A stretch of 64,000 bases of DNA from a virus (taxonomy: Duplodnaviria; Heunggongvirae; Uroviricota; Caudoviricetes), in the IMG/VR virus record IMGVR_UViG_3300049783_001441, one strand, 5' to 3'. Below the pieces are notes generated by a model. It ran no database searches, was not told where the DNA came from, and saw only the letters and a list, made by a program, of their open reading frames with translations. Every line of letters begins with the position of its first letter. Position 1 is the stretch's first letter. Shown here piece after piece: positions 8,632 to 17,411 of the stretch. Both the position numbers and the translations under genes were made by a program.

Positions 8632-9630
8632 TTACTTCGTGAGCATCATCGGAGCTTGCGGGCCGAACTTGCTACGGGCACCCGGATCAGACGAGGAGAC
8701 GGTCCGGTCTGGGAAGAGTGTAACGCGGATAACGACGCCAGGCTGGACAGCGTTGGCAACGGCGGGGAGGGCGTTCGTGCCGTCATCAATCGAGTCGAAC
8801 CCGGTGACGTTGGCCAGAACCGAGCCGCTGGTTGCCTTGCGGAAGAACGGAATGCGCAGGGTCAAGTATGCGCGGGTCTCTGGGGCCTTGACACTGTCGT
8901 CATGCAGCACAACGAGTGCTCCACGGTCGAGCTTGCGGGGCTTCAGGCCGGACGGGCTCTGGAGGCTTGCACCACCGGAGGTCTTGGCAGCGGCAGCGCC
9001 ATCAGAATCGCCAGCGTGGGCGCGGAAGATTCCTGGGAAGCATGAAACCAGGGCGCAATGCGTCGGGGAGTCTGCAACCGTGCGGCCACCGATCAGGTAA
9101 TCCTGCTCAAGCGTGCCCTTTTGGATGCTGTTAACGTCGGTGAGCAAGAGCGCTCCGTCGTCGTTGGAGTAAGCATCAACGGCCATGTGCGAGGCAAGGT
9201 ACTCTGCGGTCCAGGCTTCGCCGCCGGCAGGGAGGTTGTTGCGTGAAGTAGCAACGCCGCCATGGCCGGTTTCATTGTGGATGGACCCGAAAGTCCCGCC
9301 GTAGATATTGGTCTCGTCCAAGCCGCGAGCCGGTGCAGTCACGCCGCTGGTGTAGCGGTGGTAGCGGAACAAGGGGATGGCGATGAACTTTTCGGTGGCG
9401 TCCCACGAGATCGTGCCGGCGGGGTAACCGTTAGCAGTTTCCATGGCAGCCAACACGACGGCAGACGACAAGTCGCCACGCGGAATGATGATGCTGTCGT
9501 AAATCGGGTCATCGAGGCCAACGCGAGCGATGAAATCGCTGAAAATGTCGCCCTTGTTGAACTGGCCCATCTTGCAGCCGGCTGCGGCCACCGATGCGAT
9601 AGGGGATGAGAGGCGAGTGTTGTCGTTCAT
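8632..9630 (-). CDS. virion structural protein, paralogue B (333 aa from the ATG at 9630)
   Basis: paralogue of 895-1896; start MNDNTRLSSPIASVAAAGC with GGAG RBS; the track ORF extends to 9678. Confidence 0.55.
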   Translation of the reverse strand: MNDNTRLSSPIASVAAAGCKMGQFNKGDIFSDFIARVGLDDPIYDSIIIPRGDLSSAVVLAAMETANGYPAGTISWDATEKFIAIPLFRYHRYTSGVTAPARGLDETNIYGGTFGSIHNETGHGGVATSRNNLPAGGEAWTAEYLASHMAVDAYSNDDGALLLTDVNSIQKGTLEQDYLIGGRTVADSPTHCALVSCFPGIFRAHAGDSDGAAAAKTSGGASLQSPSGLKPRKLDRGALVVLHDDSVKAPETRAYLTLRIPFFRKATSGSVLANVTGFDSIDDGTNALPAVANAVQPGVVIRVTLFPDRTVSSSDPGARSKFGPQAPMMLTK

Positions 9631-9649
9631 GGGGAACTCCGACCGCGCT

Positions 9650-10114
9650 TTACGCGGGTATAATAGTGGAAATTTCAAGATGAGAGAGGTTGTCTGGGCG
9701 GGTCTGCCCTAAAATGACTTCCGCAAAGAGTACCGGCCAACGCGGCGGCTTTACGGTGAAAGACGCATGTTCACGACTTACCAACTGTGCTGGTATGACT
9801 ACGCCTAAATGGGAGTGCGTTGCGTCGGCGAAAAACCGAACGGACAGCGCTCCCGGTGCGGCCCACTGTACGTCCAGCTTAGCTGCCGGCACCAGTGAGA
9901 ACACCATGCGAAAACCCAAGCCCCAGCTAAGGGGGTCGGCCCACAACAGGCCGCAATGGTTGCGGGCTAATTCCTTAGCCCTGGCCGCCTCTGGTTGGAG
10001 CACCCCATCGGCCACCACTGTAAATATCGGCCCTGGCTTATCCAGTGTGCCCGCCGCAAACCCCGTTCCAGGGGTTGACAGCAGCAGTAGCCTATTTTTC
10101 AGCGGTTCAGCCAT
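9650..10114 (-). CDS. hypothetical protein (154 aa)
   Basis: ORF in the operon upstream of paralogue B; no motif recognised. Confidence 0.45.
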   Translation of the reverse strand: MAEPLKNRLLLLSTPGTGFAAGTLDKPGPIFTVVADGVLQPEAARAKELARNHCGLLWADPLSWGLGFRMVFSLVPAAKLDVQWAAPGALSVRFFADATHSHLGVVIPAQLVSREHASFTVKPPRWPVLFAEVILGQTRPDNLSHLEISTIIPA

Positions 10115-10159
10115 GGGGCGAGATCTCCAGCAGGGGTTACTTACTTACTTACTTTGAGC

Positions 10160-10585
10160 TTAGTAGACGCTGGTGCCGTCGTCAAGGGTAACTGCGACCG
10201 TCACTTCGTCGTCTGCGCCGTCAGCGCCTTCAGCGATGGCTCCAGCGTTGGCACGCATTTCGCGGACATACTGAACGGTGGCGGGTGCGGACATTCCGAT
10301 AGCGAAGCCGGCTCCGACTTGCGCGGACGAGTCAACGCCAGCAGCGTTGAGGCCCATTGCGATTCCGGTGCCGACGACGGCTCCGGCGATAACGTCGGTC
10401 AGGACTCGCATCTTGGAGCCTTGCTCGGGAAGCCATTCGCCAGCGAAGCGCTCGATAAGGAACGAAGCGCCAACGCCCGCGCCAACTCCAGCAGCCGCGG
10501 GAGCGGCCATCATGCTGTAATCGATGACGGTGGACAGAGCGCCACCTTGCTGGCTAAGGTCCATGTAGTAGTTATCGGTGTTCAT
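10160..10585 (-). CDS. Gly/Ala-rich small hydrophobic protein
   Basis: 141 aa with several G/A-rich hydrophobic stretches (AAPAAAGVGAGVGASFLI, VIAGAVVGTGIAMGLNAAGV). Confidence 0.45.
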   Translation of the reverse strand: MNTDNYYMDLSQQGGALSTVIDYSMMAAPAAAGVGAGVGASFLIERFAGEWLPEQGSKMRVLTDVIAGAVVGTGIAMGLNAAGVDSSAQVGAGFAIGMSAPATVQYVREMRANAGAIAEGADGADDEVTVAVTLDDGTSVY

Positions 10586-10655
10586 TGGAAACTCCTGCGG
10601 GTTATTTTAGCCAGTTACAGGCCGGTGAGCTACCCCAGCTCGGGTTTTTCTAGGG

Positions 10656-11486
10656 TTACTCGGCAGATTTGCCAAGCGCCTTTAAGGGTGCGGTAACTCC
10701 GGCTAGCGCGCCTTTCAGCTCACTCCCGAAGTAAAACAACACCGCAAGAAACACTACAATTAGGACCACGGCGTAGTACGCCCCGGCTGATTGTATGAAG
10801 ACTTTGAAGATGTTTTTTGACCACTCGCTGAAGCCTCCCTTGGCTTCAATCGCGGTATCTTTTAACGCGGCCAGTGCCCTAGGCACCGTAGTAATCGCCA
10901 CCTCCAGCCCACCGTTTAGGGCTCGCGAGGCAGTTTCATACCAGCCCGAATCTAGCGGCTCTAGCTCGCCGTCCATAATCTCATTCGCCAGCCTAAAGGC
11001 CACCTGGGAGCCGAGGTTGCCAGCCACTCGCGCGGCTCCTCGGATGGTATCTTCGATGTCGCCGGTGCCGTTTGCACGGGGTATCGCGGGCAGGCCAGCC
11101 AGCCCCAGAATGTGGAGTGCGCTGAACTGCTCCCAACCGTAGGTAGCTTCCAGCCGGCCCAGCTTGCGGGCGGACGCGACCTTGAACTGGTCGTTACCGG
11201 TGTCGGCGTAGCCAACGGCGTAGATATACGCGGCGCGGACGTGCGCGCCAAAGTTGGTGCGTGGACGCATCATTACGCGGGCGGTAACATTGGACGGGGT
11301 GCCGTCTGGCACCAGGCTAACGAGCGCCGCCATGCTGGGGTTAGACGAGCCGGCGAGGCGAGTGTCCGAGCAGCCACAACCACCGGAGCTAGCCGCTACA
11401 GAGGCGATGGACGAGGCGAGGTGGGAGTCTTCGCAGGCCGAGCATTTCCCCTTATTCGTATTCCCGCAACCGGATAACTCACTCAT
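10656..11486 (-). CDS. Cys-rich protein with C-terminal transmembrane anchor
   Basis: N-terminus CGNTNKGKCSACEDSH...SSIASVAASSGGCGC shares the IASVAA..GC motif with both virion-protein paralogues; C-terminal helix AYYAVVLIVVFLAVLFYFG. Confidence 0.5.
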   Translation of the reverse strand: MSELSGCGNTNKGKCSACEDSHLASSIASVAASSGGCGCSDTRLAGSSNPSMAALVSLVPDGTPSNVTARVMMRPRTNFGAHVRAAYIYAVGYADTGNDQFKVASARKLGRLEATYGWEQFSALHILGLAGLPAIPRANGTGDIEDTIRGAARVAGNLGSQVAFRLANEIMDGELEPLDSGWYETASRALNGGLEVAITTVPRALAALKDTAIEAKGGFSEWSKNIFKVFIQSAGAYYAVVLIVVFLAVLFYFGSELKGALAGVTAPLKALGKSAE

Positions 11487-11865
11487 AGGTAACCTCTGTG
11501 AGACTTGCGCCCCTGCTGCTAGTCCACTTTAACACTGCTAGTAACCCGAAGGCCACCGCAATGCAGGCCAAAGTCCACACCCACCACGGGGTAGCTTTAA
11601 CTTTTTCGATTCCGGCCTCTGCTCGGTCCAGGCTGTCCACCCAAAAACCGCCCTCTTCCGAGCTTAGCGGATCCGAGCCCCAGTCCGAGTCTGTCGAATC
11701 TGACGGCACTAGGTCCGTGCTCTCTTCGCCAGACTGCGGGCTGGGGTCGGTGTAGCCGTTAGACGGGTCGTCCAAAGCGTCCTGCTTACTAGATAGCTGG
11801 TTTTTTAGCCGGTTTGCTAACCCGGCGGCGCGACCTGCTTGGAACTCTGGGAAGGGCTTACCCAC
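11479..11865 (-). CDS. tail-anchored membrane protein (acidic N-terminal domain)
   Basis: C-terminal helix WWVWTLACIAVAFGLLAVL. Confidence 0.45.
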   Translation of the reverse strand: MGKPFPEFQAGRAAGLANRLKNQLSSKQDALDDPSNGYTDPSPQSGEESTDLVPSDSTDSDWGSDPLSSEEGGFWVDSLDRAEAGIEKVKATPWWVWTLACIAVAFGLLAVLKWTSSRGASLTEVTYE

Positions 11866-11868
11866 GAG

Positions 11869-12390
11869 TTACCTCCGCCCGACGAGAACGAGCATTAACA
11901 CCACGAACAGGGCTGCGAGCGCCGCGGCTCCCAGCCCCACCCACTTCCAAGGGCTCTCTGTCTCCACCAAGTAATTCGCGGCGTCTTTCAGGATCGCCCC
12001 GGCAGACTTTGACTCTGCCGGTGGGGGTGTGTCCACACCGGGCGCGTCGTCGGGTTGGTGCGAAGCGTATTCGCGGAGCATGGCTAGCTCCACGATCTGC
12101 CAGTCAACCATGCGAGCATGGGCGTAGCGGTCGTTCGCCGTGGCCGTTGCCGGCGGGCTAACCTTAATCAAGGTCTGCTCGATGCGGCGGTCAGCTTCGG
12201 CGATAAACGCGCGCAAGCCTTTACTGTCCACTGGCGGGCTCTGGATGGCCGTGAACCAGTTAACCCCGCTAGCTTTGAGCCAGCTTAGGCGAGCGCCTAG
12301 CTGGGTGTAGGAACCGTCCTCGTAGGGGTAGTCTACGCCTTGAACGCCGGTGGGGTTGCTCGTGTGGCTATCGGTGGCATTATGCGGCAT
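11869..12390 (-). CDS. tail-anchored membrane protein
   Basis: C-terminal helix VGLGAAALAALFVVLMLVLVG. Confidence 0.45.
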   Translation of the reverse strand: MPHNATDSHTSNPTGVQGVDYPYEDGSYTQLGARLSWLKASGVNWFTAIQSPPVDSKGLRAFIAEADRRIEQTLIKVSPPATATANDRYAHARMVDWQIVELAMLREYASHQPDDAPGVDTPPPAESKSAGAILKDAANYLVETESPWKWVGLGAAALAALFVVLMLVLVGRR

Positions 12391-13333
12391 TGGACTTGCC
12401 TCCGAGTGTCTTCGCGAGGAGCACCACGAGCACGAGTGCGGCCACGAGAATCAGAGCCCCCGCCGCGTATGCAAAGTAGTTGGGCTTGTCGTCGGTCAAC
12501 CCGAACTCGCCGCCGGCATCGAGTTCGCCGTTGTTACCGGGCTCGTCAGGGCGGTCCATTCTGCGGCCGTCTTCGCGGTCCATTTTGGTGCTGTTACCTT
12601 CGCTGCGATCTTCGAGGGTGTCAGCGCCGGGTACGCCACGGGTCTTGATGCCCTCGGGGTGCTTGATGCGCTGCATGGCCGTAGAGTTTAGCACCTGCAA
12701 CCGCGCCGCTTCACCGTGGCCCGTGGTGATCACGCCACGCGTGCGGTAGGCCGCCACTGGGATCACGCCGCCGGTTAGTCCCGGCATCGGGACATCGGCC
12801 CAACTCTCTTTGAATGGGGTCAGCATGAAGCCCGCGCCGTACTTGCGGAGTAGCTGCCCTAGCTCGCGGTAACCTGCCCGCCACGCCTCTACTTCGGGCA
12901 GCGTGCGTGCAGCGGCACGGCGAGCCCTACCGGTCAGGGGATCAGCCGGGTTGGCCGATGGCCCGCTAGGGTTGAGCAATCGGCGCACCTTTTCAGGCAT
13001 CCGGCCCGGCCTGGCAACGACGTGTTTGATTACCTGCTTCCAAGTCTGGCCCAGAAACGGCTTAATCAGAGCTTGCAGGCGGATAGAGTCGCGGCCTACT
13101 TCGGCTGTCAGGTTCGCCATGCGCAGATAATAGTACGGGCGCATACCCGTAGACAGCCACAGGTTTTTGTGCGCTTGCTTTTTGGTGAGTACCGCCCGAA
13201 CGACCTCTTGCTGTGCGGCCTTTAGGAAGGCTTCGCGGTCGCTAGTACCCCACGATGGCCACAACTGGGCCGCGTCTAGCGCTAGTGTGGGTAAGTCTCG
13301 GGAAAGCCCCGCCGAAATGTCCGTGTGGCTCAT
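12380..13333 (-). CDS. tail-anchored membrane protein (317 aa)
   Basis: C-terminal helix FAYAAGALILVAALVLVVLLA. Confidence 0.5.
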   Translation of the reverse strand: MSHTDISAGLSRDLPTLALDAAQLWPSWGTSDREAFLKAAQQEVVRAVLTKKQAHKNLWLSTGMRPYYYLRMANLTAEVGRDSIRLQALIKPFLGQTWKQVIKHVVARPGRMPEKVRRLLNPSGPSANPADPLTGRARRAAARTLPEVEAWRAGYRELGQLLRKYGAGFMLTPFKESWADVPMPGLTGGVIPVAAYRTRGVITTGHGEAARLQVLNSTAMQRIKHPEGIKTRGVPGADTLEDRSEGNSTKMDREDGRRMDRPDEPGNNGELDAGGEFGLTDDKPNYFAYAAGALILVAALVLVVLLAKTLGGKSNAA

Positions 13334-13659
13334 GGCGAACCCCTTCGCGGTAACATGGCAATGATGAGCACAACAAGTGCCAGGATAACCACCACGACAA
13401 CCGATAGGCCGGCATAGTTCGTTGGGTTTAGCTGGCTAAGGGCCAGCTCTAAGTGTTGCTCCACGCGGAGCAACATCGCATACGTTTCGGCATCGCCAGC
13501 TCGGCGGGCACGCAACTTTTGCCGCTGCACCTCGGCGAGCTTGGCCGGGATACTGGCGCTGGTCTGTAGGTACGCGGATACGCCGGGGGCTAACGCCGCC
13601 AGGGTATCCGAGTCCAAACGCCCGACAATGTCGAGCGCAGCGCCAGTAACGTCAGCCAT
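13330..13659 (-). CDS. tail-anchored membrane protein
   Basis: C-terminal helix LSVVVVVILALVVLIIAML. Confidence 0.45.
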   Translation of the reverse strand: MADVTGAALDIVGRLDSDTLAALAPGVSAYLQTSASIPAKLAEVQRQKLRARRAGDAETYAMLLRVEQHLELALSQLNPTNYAGLSVVVVVILALVVLIIAMLPRRGSP

Positions 13660-13662
13660 GGC

Positions 13663-14106
13663 CTAGCCGCGAGCCTTGCTGATGCCGAGCGCAATGAGCA
13701 CACCCAACAGCACAAACACCACGAGACCAATCACGCGCCCTGGGGTTACCAGGGGTGCGGGAGGGGTGACTAGGGGGTTGTTACTGGTGGTGTCGTCAAG
13801 TTCGTCAAACACGTCCTCGCCAGCCGAACCCTTACCTTGAGCGGCGCGGATAAGTTCAGCGGCGGTCGGTCCGAGTGCGTCCACGAGGTCCGCAGCGAGA
13901 CGAGCAGCTTCCGCTGGGCTGATGCCGGAATCACCGGAGCCGCCGCCGGAATCTGGGGTGTCGCCACCGGTCTTTCTGCCGTTTTCGAGTGGGGCCTTAC
14001 CCGCGAGGCGAGCTTCGCTAAGCTGTGGTTGGCCGCCATCTTCTTCGAGCAACAGACGTTCGTATTCGGCCTCGTCGGGCCAGTCTTCTAGGGGTGGCAT
14101 AGGCAA
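13663..14106 (-). CDS. tail-anchored membrane protein
   Basis: C-terminal helix VIGLVVFVLLGVLIALGI. Confidence 0.45.
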   Translation of the reverse strand: MPMPPLEDWPDEAEYERLLLEEDGGQPQLSEARLAGKAPLENGRKTGGDTPDSGGGSGDSGISPAEAARLAADLVDALGPTAAELIRAAQGKGSAGEDVFDELDDTTSNNPLVTPPAPLVTPGRVIGLVVFVLLGVLIALGISKARG

Positions 14107-14124
14107 CTCCTCGGGCTTTACCCG

Positions 14125-14904
14125 TTAGGTTTGAGTCATTGTAACTGGTTTCCCGCCAAAATAGGCGGCAACAGCTAGTAGTAGCATGGCGGCAACGAGA
14201 AAAAACAAGTTACCACCTTTGGGTGCCCGACCGGCTCCGGCCAGCCACCCGTGGTTTCGGGCCGACGAGGTTACCACCCGGCTGGAGGTAGACCCGAAGG
14301 GCTCCCAGTCGGCGGTAGCGTCGGCTTCGCGGAATTGAATACTGCACGACACGTTACCTCGCGCGTCGGCGGCGCACTCTGGAGGCGTGCCGATGTCCAC
14401 AAAAATGTGGGTCGGGCTACCCGGCATATTTACCCCGCTGTCCGAGGTCCAGCGCTGCCCGTTGGGGTGGAACCCTGCGAGCATGAAGCGGTACGGAAGG
14501 CCGATAGAAGCCGCCGCAGCCGCCAGGAATACCGAGAAGTCGTCACAGTCCCCAAGCTGGTGCTCTATGGTGTCTAGCGGGTGCTGGATGTACTCTCCCG
14601 CCTCCAACACGTAGTAAAGGTTCTCCACGGCCCACTGGTGGATGGCACGGGCTTGGTTCACGTAGTCTCTGGGTGCTACTCTGGCCTTGCGGAGAATGCG
14701 GGTAACCACGAACACGCGCAACTCGTTGGCCTCCGCGGCCTCGTCGGAAACTTTGCGCAGACTGCCCAGCCGCTCGGACCACGACATTCGGTCCCACGAA
14801 GAGCGGGAGACTTGCGGGCCACGAATCGTGGGTACCGAAATCTTACGGGGCTTGCGCGGGCGACCTAGGCGGGTCTCGTCCATCACGGGTAAGGGGATCA
14901 GCAT
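14125..14904 (-). CDS. transglutaminase-like cysteine protease, C-terminally membrane-anchored
   Basis: Cys box GDCDDFSVFLAAAAASIGLPYRFMLAGF (cf. G.C.DFA.....L.RA.GIPAR.V.GY), His SPTHIFVDIG, then Asp; C-terminal helix LFFLVAAMLLLAVAAYFG. Confidence 0.6.
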   Translation of the reverse strand: MLIPLPVMDETRLGRPRKPRKISVPTIRGPQVSRSSWDRMSWSERLGSLRKVSDEAAEANELRVFVVTRILRKARVAPRDYVNQARAIHQWAVENLYYVLEAGEYIQHPLDTIEHQLGDCDDFSVFLAAAAASIGLPYRFMLAGFHPNGQRWTSDSGVNMPGSPTHIFVDIGTPPECAADARGNVSCSIQFREADATADWEPFGSTSSRVVTSSARNHGWLAGAGRAPKGGNLFFLVAAMLLLAVAAYFGGKPVTMTQT

Positions 14905-14907
14905 TGG

Positions 14908-15660
14908 TTACTCCGGGGCCGCTGCGAGGCGCAACGCCGTGTAGATGGCCACGATCAAAAGCACGACCATGAGGGCGGCCTTGCCGCCTACCCTTAACCG
15001 TTTGGCGTTGGCGAGGGACAGCATCGGTCGGCCCCCGGCAGCGCTGCTGCCTTTGTCGTGCGCCAGGGAGCCCGCAGCGGCAATCGCAGCGGCCTCGGTG
15101 GCGTTGTTCACCTCTGACGACTCGCGCGCCGCCCACGCCCCTAGAAACGACGTGTAAGCCGCTGTGCGGATACGGATGTGCGCGGCATTCCAGGCGTGCC
15201 GTTCGATGCGCCGCCCGAACAGTAACGCCAGATCCAGCACGCTCATATCCGACTCGCCTGCTGTCTTGACCGTGTCAGCCCAGCGGCCCGCGTCTAGCTC
15301 TTGCTCGATGAGGGCGCGGACGTTGGTTACCGGGTCAAGCCTCGGGTCTGCCGGGTGCGCGTATGCGCGACCTTCGCGGAATACCGGACCCGGCGGGTTC
15401 AGTATGCTGCCCGCGCCGTCTGGCACCTTCAGTTGGTGCAGCCCAACACTGAACTCCCGTGTACGCCCGTCTGGCCACTTCGTGTACGCAACAGCGTCGT
15501 TACGAAGGCGGCTTTCGGCCCACGCATTCGCCGCCGCAGCTAGGGTAAGTGCCGGAGTCGTGCCGTACTGGCCGTAAACCCGGATGAGCGTGGCTAGGTT
15601 CTGCCGCTGCTCTGCATTCAGGCTGGCAGCGGGTGTGAAGGCGGCTAGGGGTAGGCTCAC
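14908..15660 (-). CDS. tail-anchored membrane protein
   Basis: probable GTG start at 15658-15660 overlapping the upstream stop (GTGA); the track ORF extends to 15846, which is an implausible 190-nt overlap; C-terminal helix ALMVVLLIVAIYTALRLA. Confidence 0.45.
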   Translation of the reverse strand: MSLPLAAFTPAASLNAEQRQNLATLIRVYGQYGTTPALTLAAAANAWAESRLRNDAVAYTKWPDGRTREFSVGLHQLKVPDGAGSILNPPGPVFREGRAYAHPADPRLDPVTNVRALIEQELDAGRWADTVKTAGESDMSVLDLALLFGRRIERHAWNAAHIRIRTAAYTSFLGAWAARESSEVNNATEAAAIAAAGSLAHDKGSSAAGGRPMLSLANAKRLRVGGKAALMVVLLIVAIYTALRLAAAPE

Positions 15661-16286
15661 TTGGACCCCCGGAACTTGGACCACGCGAACACCGCTGCGA
15701 TTGTGACCAGCAGCACCAAGCCGAACGCTACGGAGCCTTTGGCTGCGACCTTGGCTGCGTCTCGCACGGGTTGGACGTAACTCGCGGCCTTGTCGGCAAC
15801 CCCGCTGATCCACGGCACAATGCCCTCGGACTTTGAGGGGTACCACGGTACCAAAGGTCCGCTCGCAGGCTGGTACTGGAACCGGCGGTTGTTGCCGGAA
15901 GCGCGGTGACTAACGTGGACGTGCCCGCCCTTGCTCGCGTGGTACAGGATTACCTGACCTACCGGAATATCCGGGTTCAGGTACAGGTACTCCATAAGGT
16001 CGCGCGACGTGCCTTCCACCGGCTTGACATCCGCAGCTTCGCCCTTGATGTGCTGGGAGTTATTGTTGCTCCCCACGCACGCACTGTTGTTGATTACGGC
16101 AGTTCGGAAGCCGCTTATGCGCTGTAGCCCGCCGAACTGCACCCACAACGGGTCCAGCACGTTGATAGCCAGCGCCATGAGCGCCGCCCTCTGGGTGGGG
16201 CTAGGCGTGTTGGGGTTACCCGCAGCGGCGGCGCAACCACTACGGGTAAGCGCCTCTTCGGACAGATACAGGCTAAGCATGGCCAC
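15657..16286 (-). CDS. LAS-family (peptidase M15-like) zinc metallopeptidase, C-terminally membrane-anchored
   Basis: SQHIKGEAADV matches S-x-H-x-x-G-x-A-x-D; second metal motif GGHVHVSH; C-terminal helix VAFGLVLLVTIAAVFAW. Confidence 0.65.
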   Translation of the reverse strand: MAMLSLYLSEEALTRSGCAAAAGNPNTPSPTQRAALMALAINVLDPLWVQFGGLQRISGFRTAVINNSACVGSNNNSQHIKGEAADVKPVEGTSRDLMEYLYLNPDIPVGQVILYHASKGGHVHVSHRASGNNRRFQYQPASGPLVPWYPSKSEGIVPWISGVADKAASYVQPVRDAAKVAAKGSVAFGLVLLVTIAAVFAWSKFRGSK

Positions 16287-16289
16287 GGG

Positions 16290-16892
16290 TTACCTCAACT
16301 TCGCGTAGGCGCGGGGTACGGTCATTGCGAGCAAGGCAAGGCTGATACTGACCAGCGCAATCAGCAGGTACAGACCCAACATACTCACCCGGCGTTGGTT
16401 GCGCTGTCCGGCTGTAATGCGGGTCTCGCGGGCTTTCTCGACCAACAGAGCGCCTTCGCGGGTAATGTCGCCCTGGAGGATAGCGGTTGCAGCCGCCTCC
16501 TTTTCGCGAGCGCCACCACCGTTTTTGGTGCGCATCTTCTCGATAGACTGCGCCAATTCTGCGGGGGTATCGTCAGAGTACTTGGCGTACACGCGGCGGT
16601 ACCGCTTGCTGAAGCCTTGCTCTTCCAGTTGGTTACGGATCAGCACCTTGGTCGGGTCCGTGTTGGCGGCCCCGGCTCCGATAGCACTACCTACGATCGA
16701 GACAACCGCGCCCGCAGCCGCCAAGGCGACATTGATCGGGGGTAACGGCAGCATTACGCCGATCGTGGTTAGTGCTGAACCCACCGCAACCGTGCCGCCG
16801 CCTATCGCCGTCTGCGCTGCGATACCTTTCTCTACCCGCTCAACTTCCGTTGGCGTTGGCGTGTGGAGTACGGGTGGCTGGGACGGCAGCAC
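16290..16892 (-). CDS. tail-anchored membrane protein
   Basis: hydrophobic ALAAAGAVVSIVGSAIGAGAA plus C-terminal helix LGLYLLIALVSISLALLAM. Confidence 0.45.
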   Translation of the reverse strand: MLPSQPPVLHTPTPTEVERVEKGIAAQTAIGGGTVAVGSALTTIGVMLPLPPINVALAAAGAVVSIVGSAIGAGAANTDPTKVLIRNQLEEQGFSKRYRRVYAKYSDDTPAELAQSIEKMRTKNGGGAREKEAAATAILQGDITREGALLVEKARETRITAGQRNQRRVSMLGLYLLIALVSISLALLAMTVPRAYAKLR

Positions 16893-17308
16893 TACGCCAC
16901 CTCAAGCGCCGCGTCCGGCCCCGGAGCCGGGAACAGCGCGACCAGCACGACTAGCGCAATGAGGGCGAAGATAGCGGCAACTCCGCCGATCCATGCCCAC
17001 TTGTTTTCGCCACGGAAAACGTCTAGGTAACTGGGTGGGTTCAGCAGCGCGTTTTCGGCGTCTTCGTTCGCTTGTAGCGCCAACTCTAGGTCCACGGCGG
17101 CTTGATCGAGGTCGCCTTCGTCGTTGGCGCAATCGTCGAGACGCCCTTCCCACTTGGCGTACCACGCGCTTAGCTTCTTATTGCGGTACGACTTCTTACC
17201 GTCCGCTTTGGCAGCCATGTAACCATCATACAGCCGTTGGGCCTTGGCGCACGAGGTCTTTTCAGGCGTGGCCGCTAGGCGGCTCGGGCTGGGTTTAGAT
17301 GGTCGCAT
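16892..17308 (-). CDS. tail-anchored membrane protein
   Basis: C-terminal helix WIGGVAAIFALIALVVLVALF. Confidence 0.45.
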   Translation of the reverse strand: MRPSKPSPSRLAATPEKTSCAKAQRLYDGYMAAKADGKKSYRNKKLSAWYAKWEGRLDDCANDEGDLDQAAVDLELALQANEDAENALLNPPSYLDVFRGENKWAWIGGVAAIFALIALVVLVALFPAPGPDAALEVA

Positions 17309-17411
17309 TGTAACTCCGGTGGGGCAACCTATCGCAATAAACCCCCGGAACCAACTGGTTCCGAGGGTTTAGGCGTGACTACGCTTGAGTTACCTCGCGC
17401 GTGGCCTTCGG

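Noticed and set aside
895-9630. Idea that the two fibre cassettes plus tyrosine recombinase form an invertible host-range switch (shufflon or Cin-like)
   Set aside because: Both cassettes are in the same orientation and 6.5 kb apart with complete genes; no inverted crossover sites seen by eye. Duplication is the simpler reading
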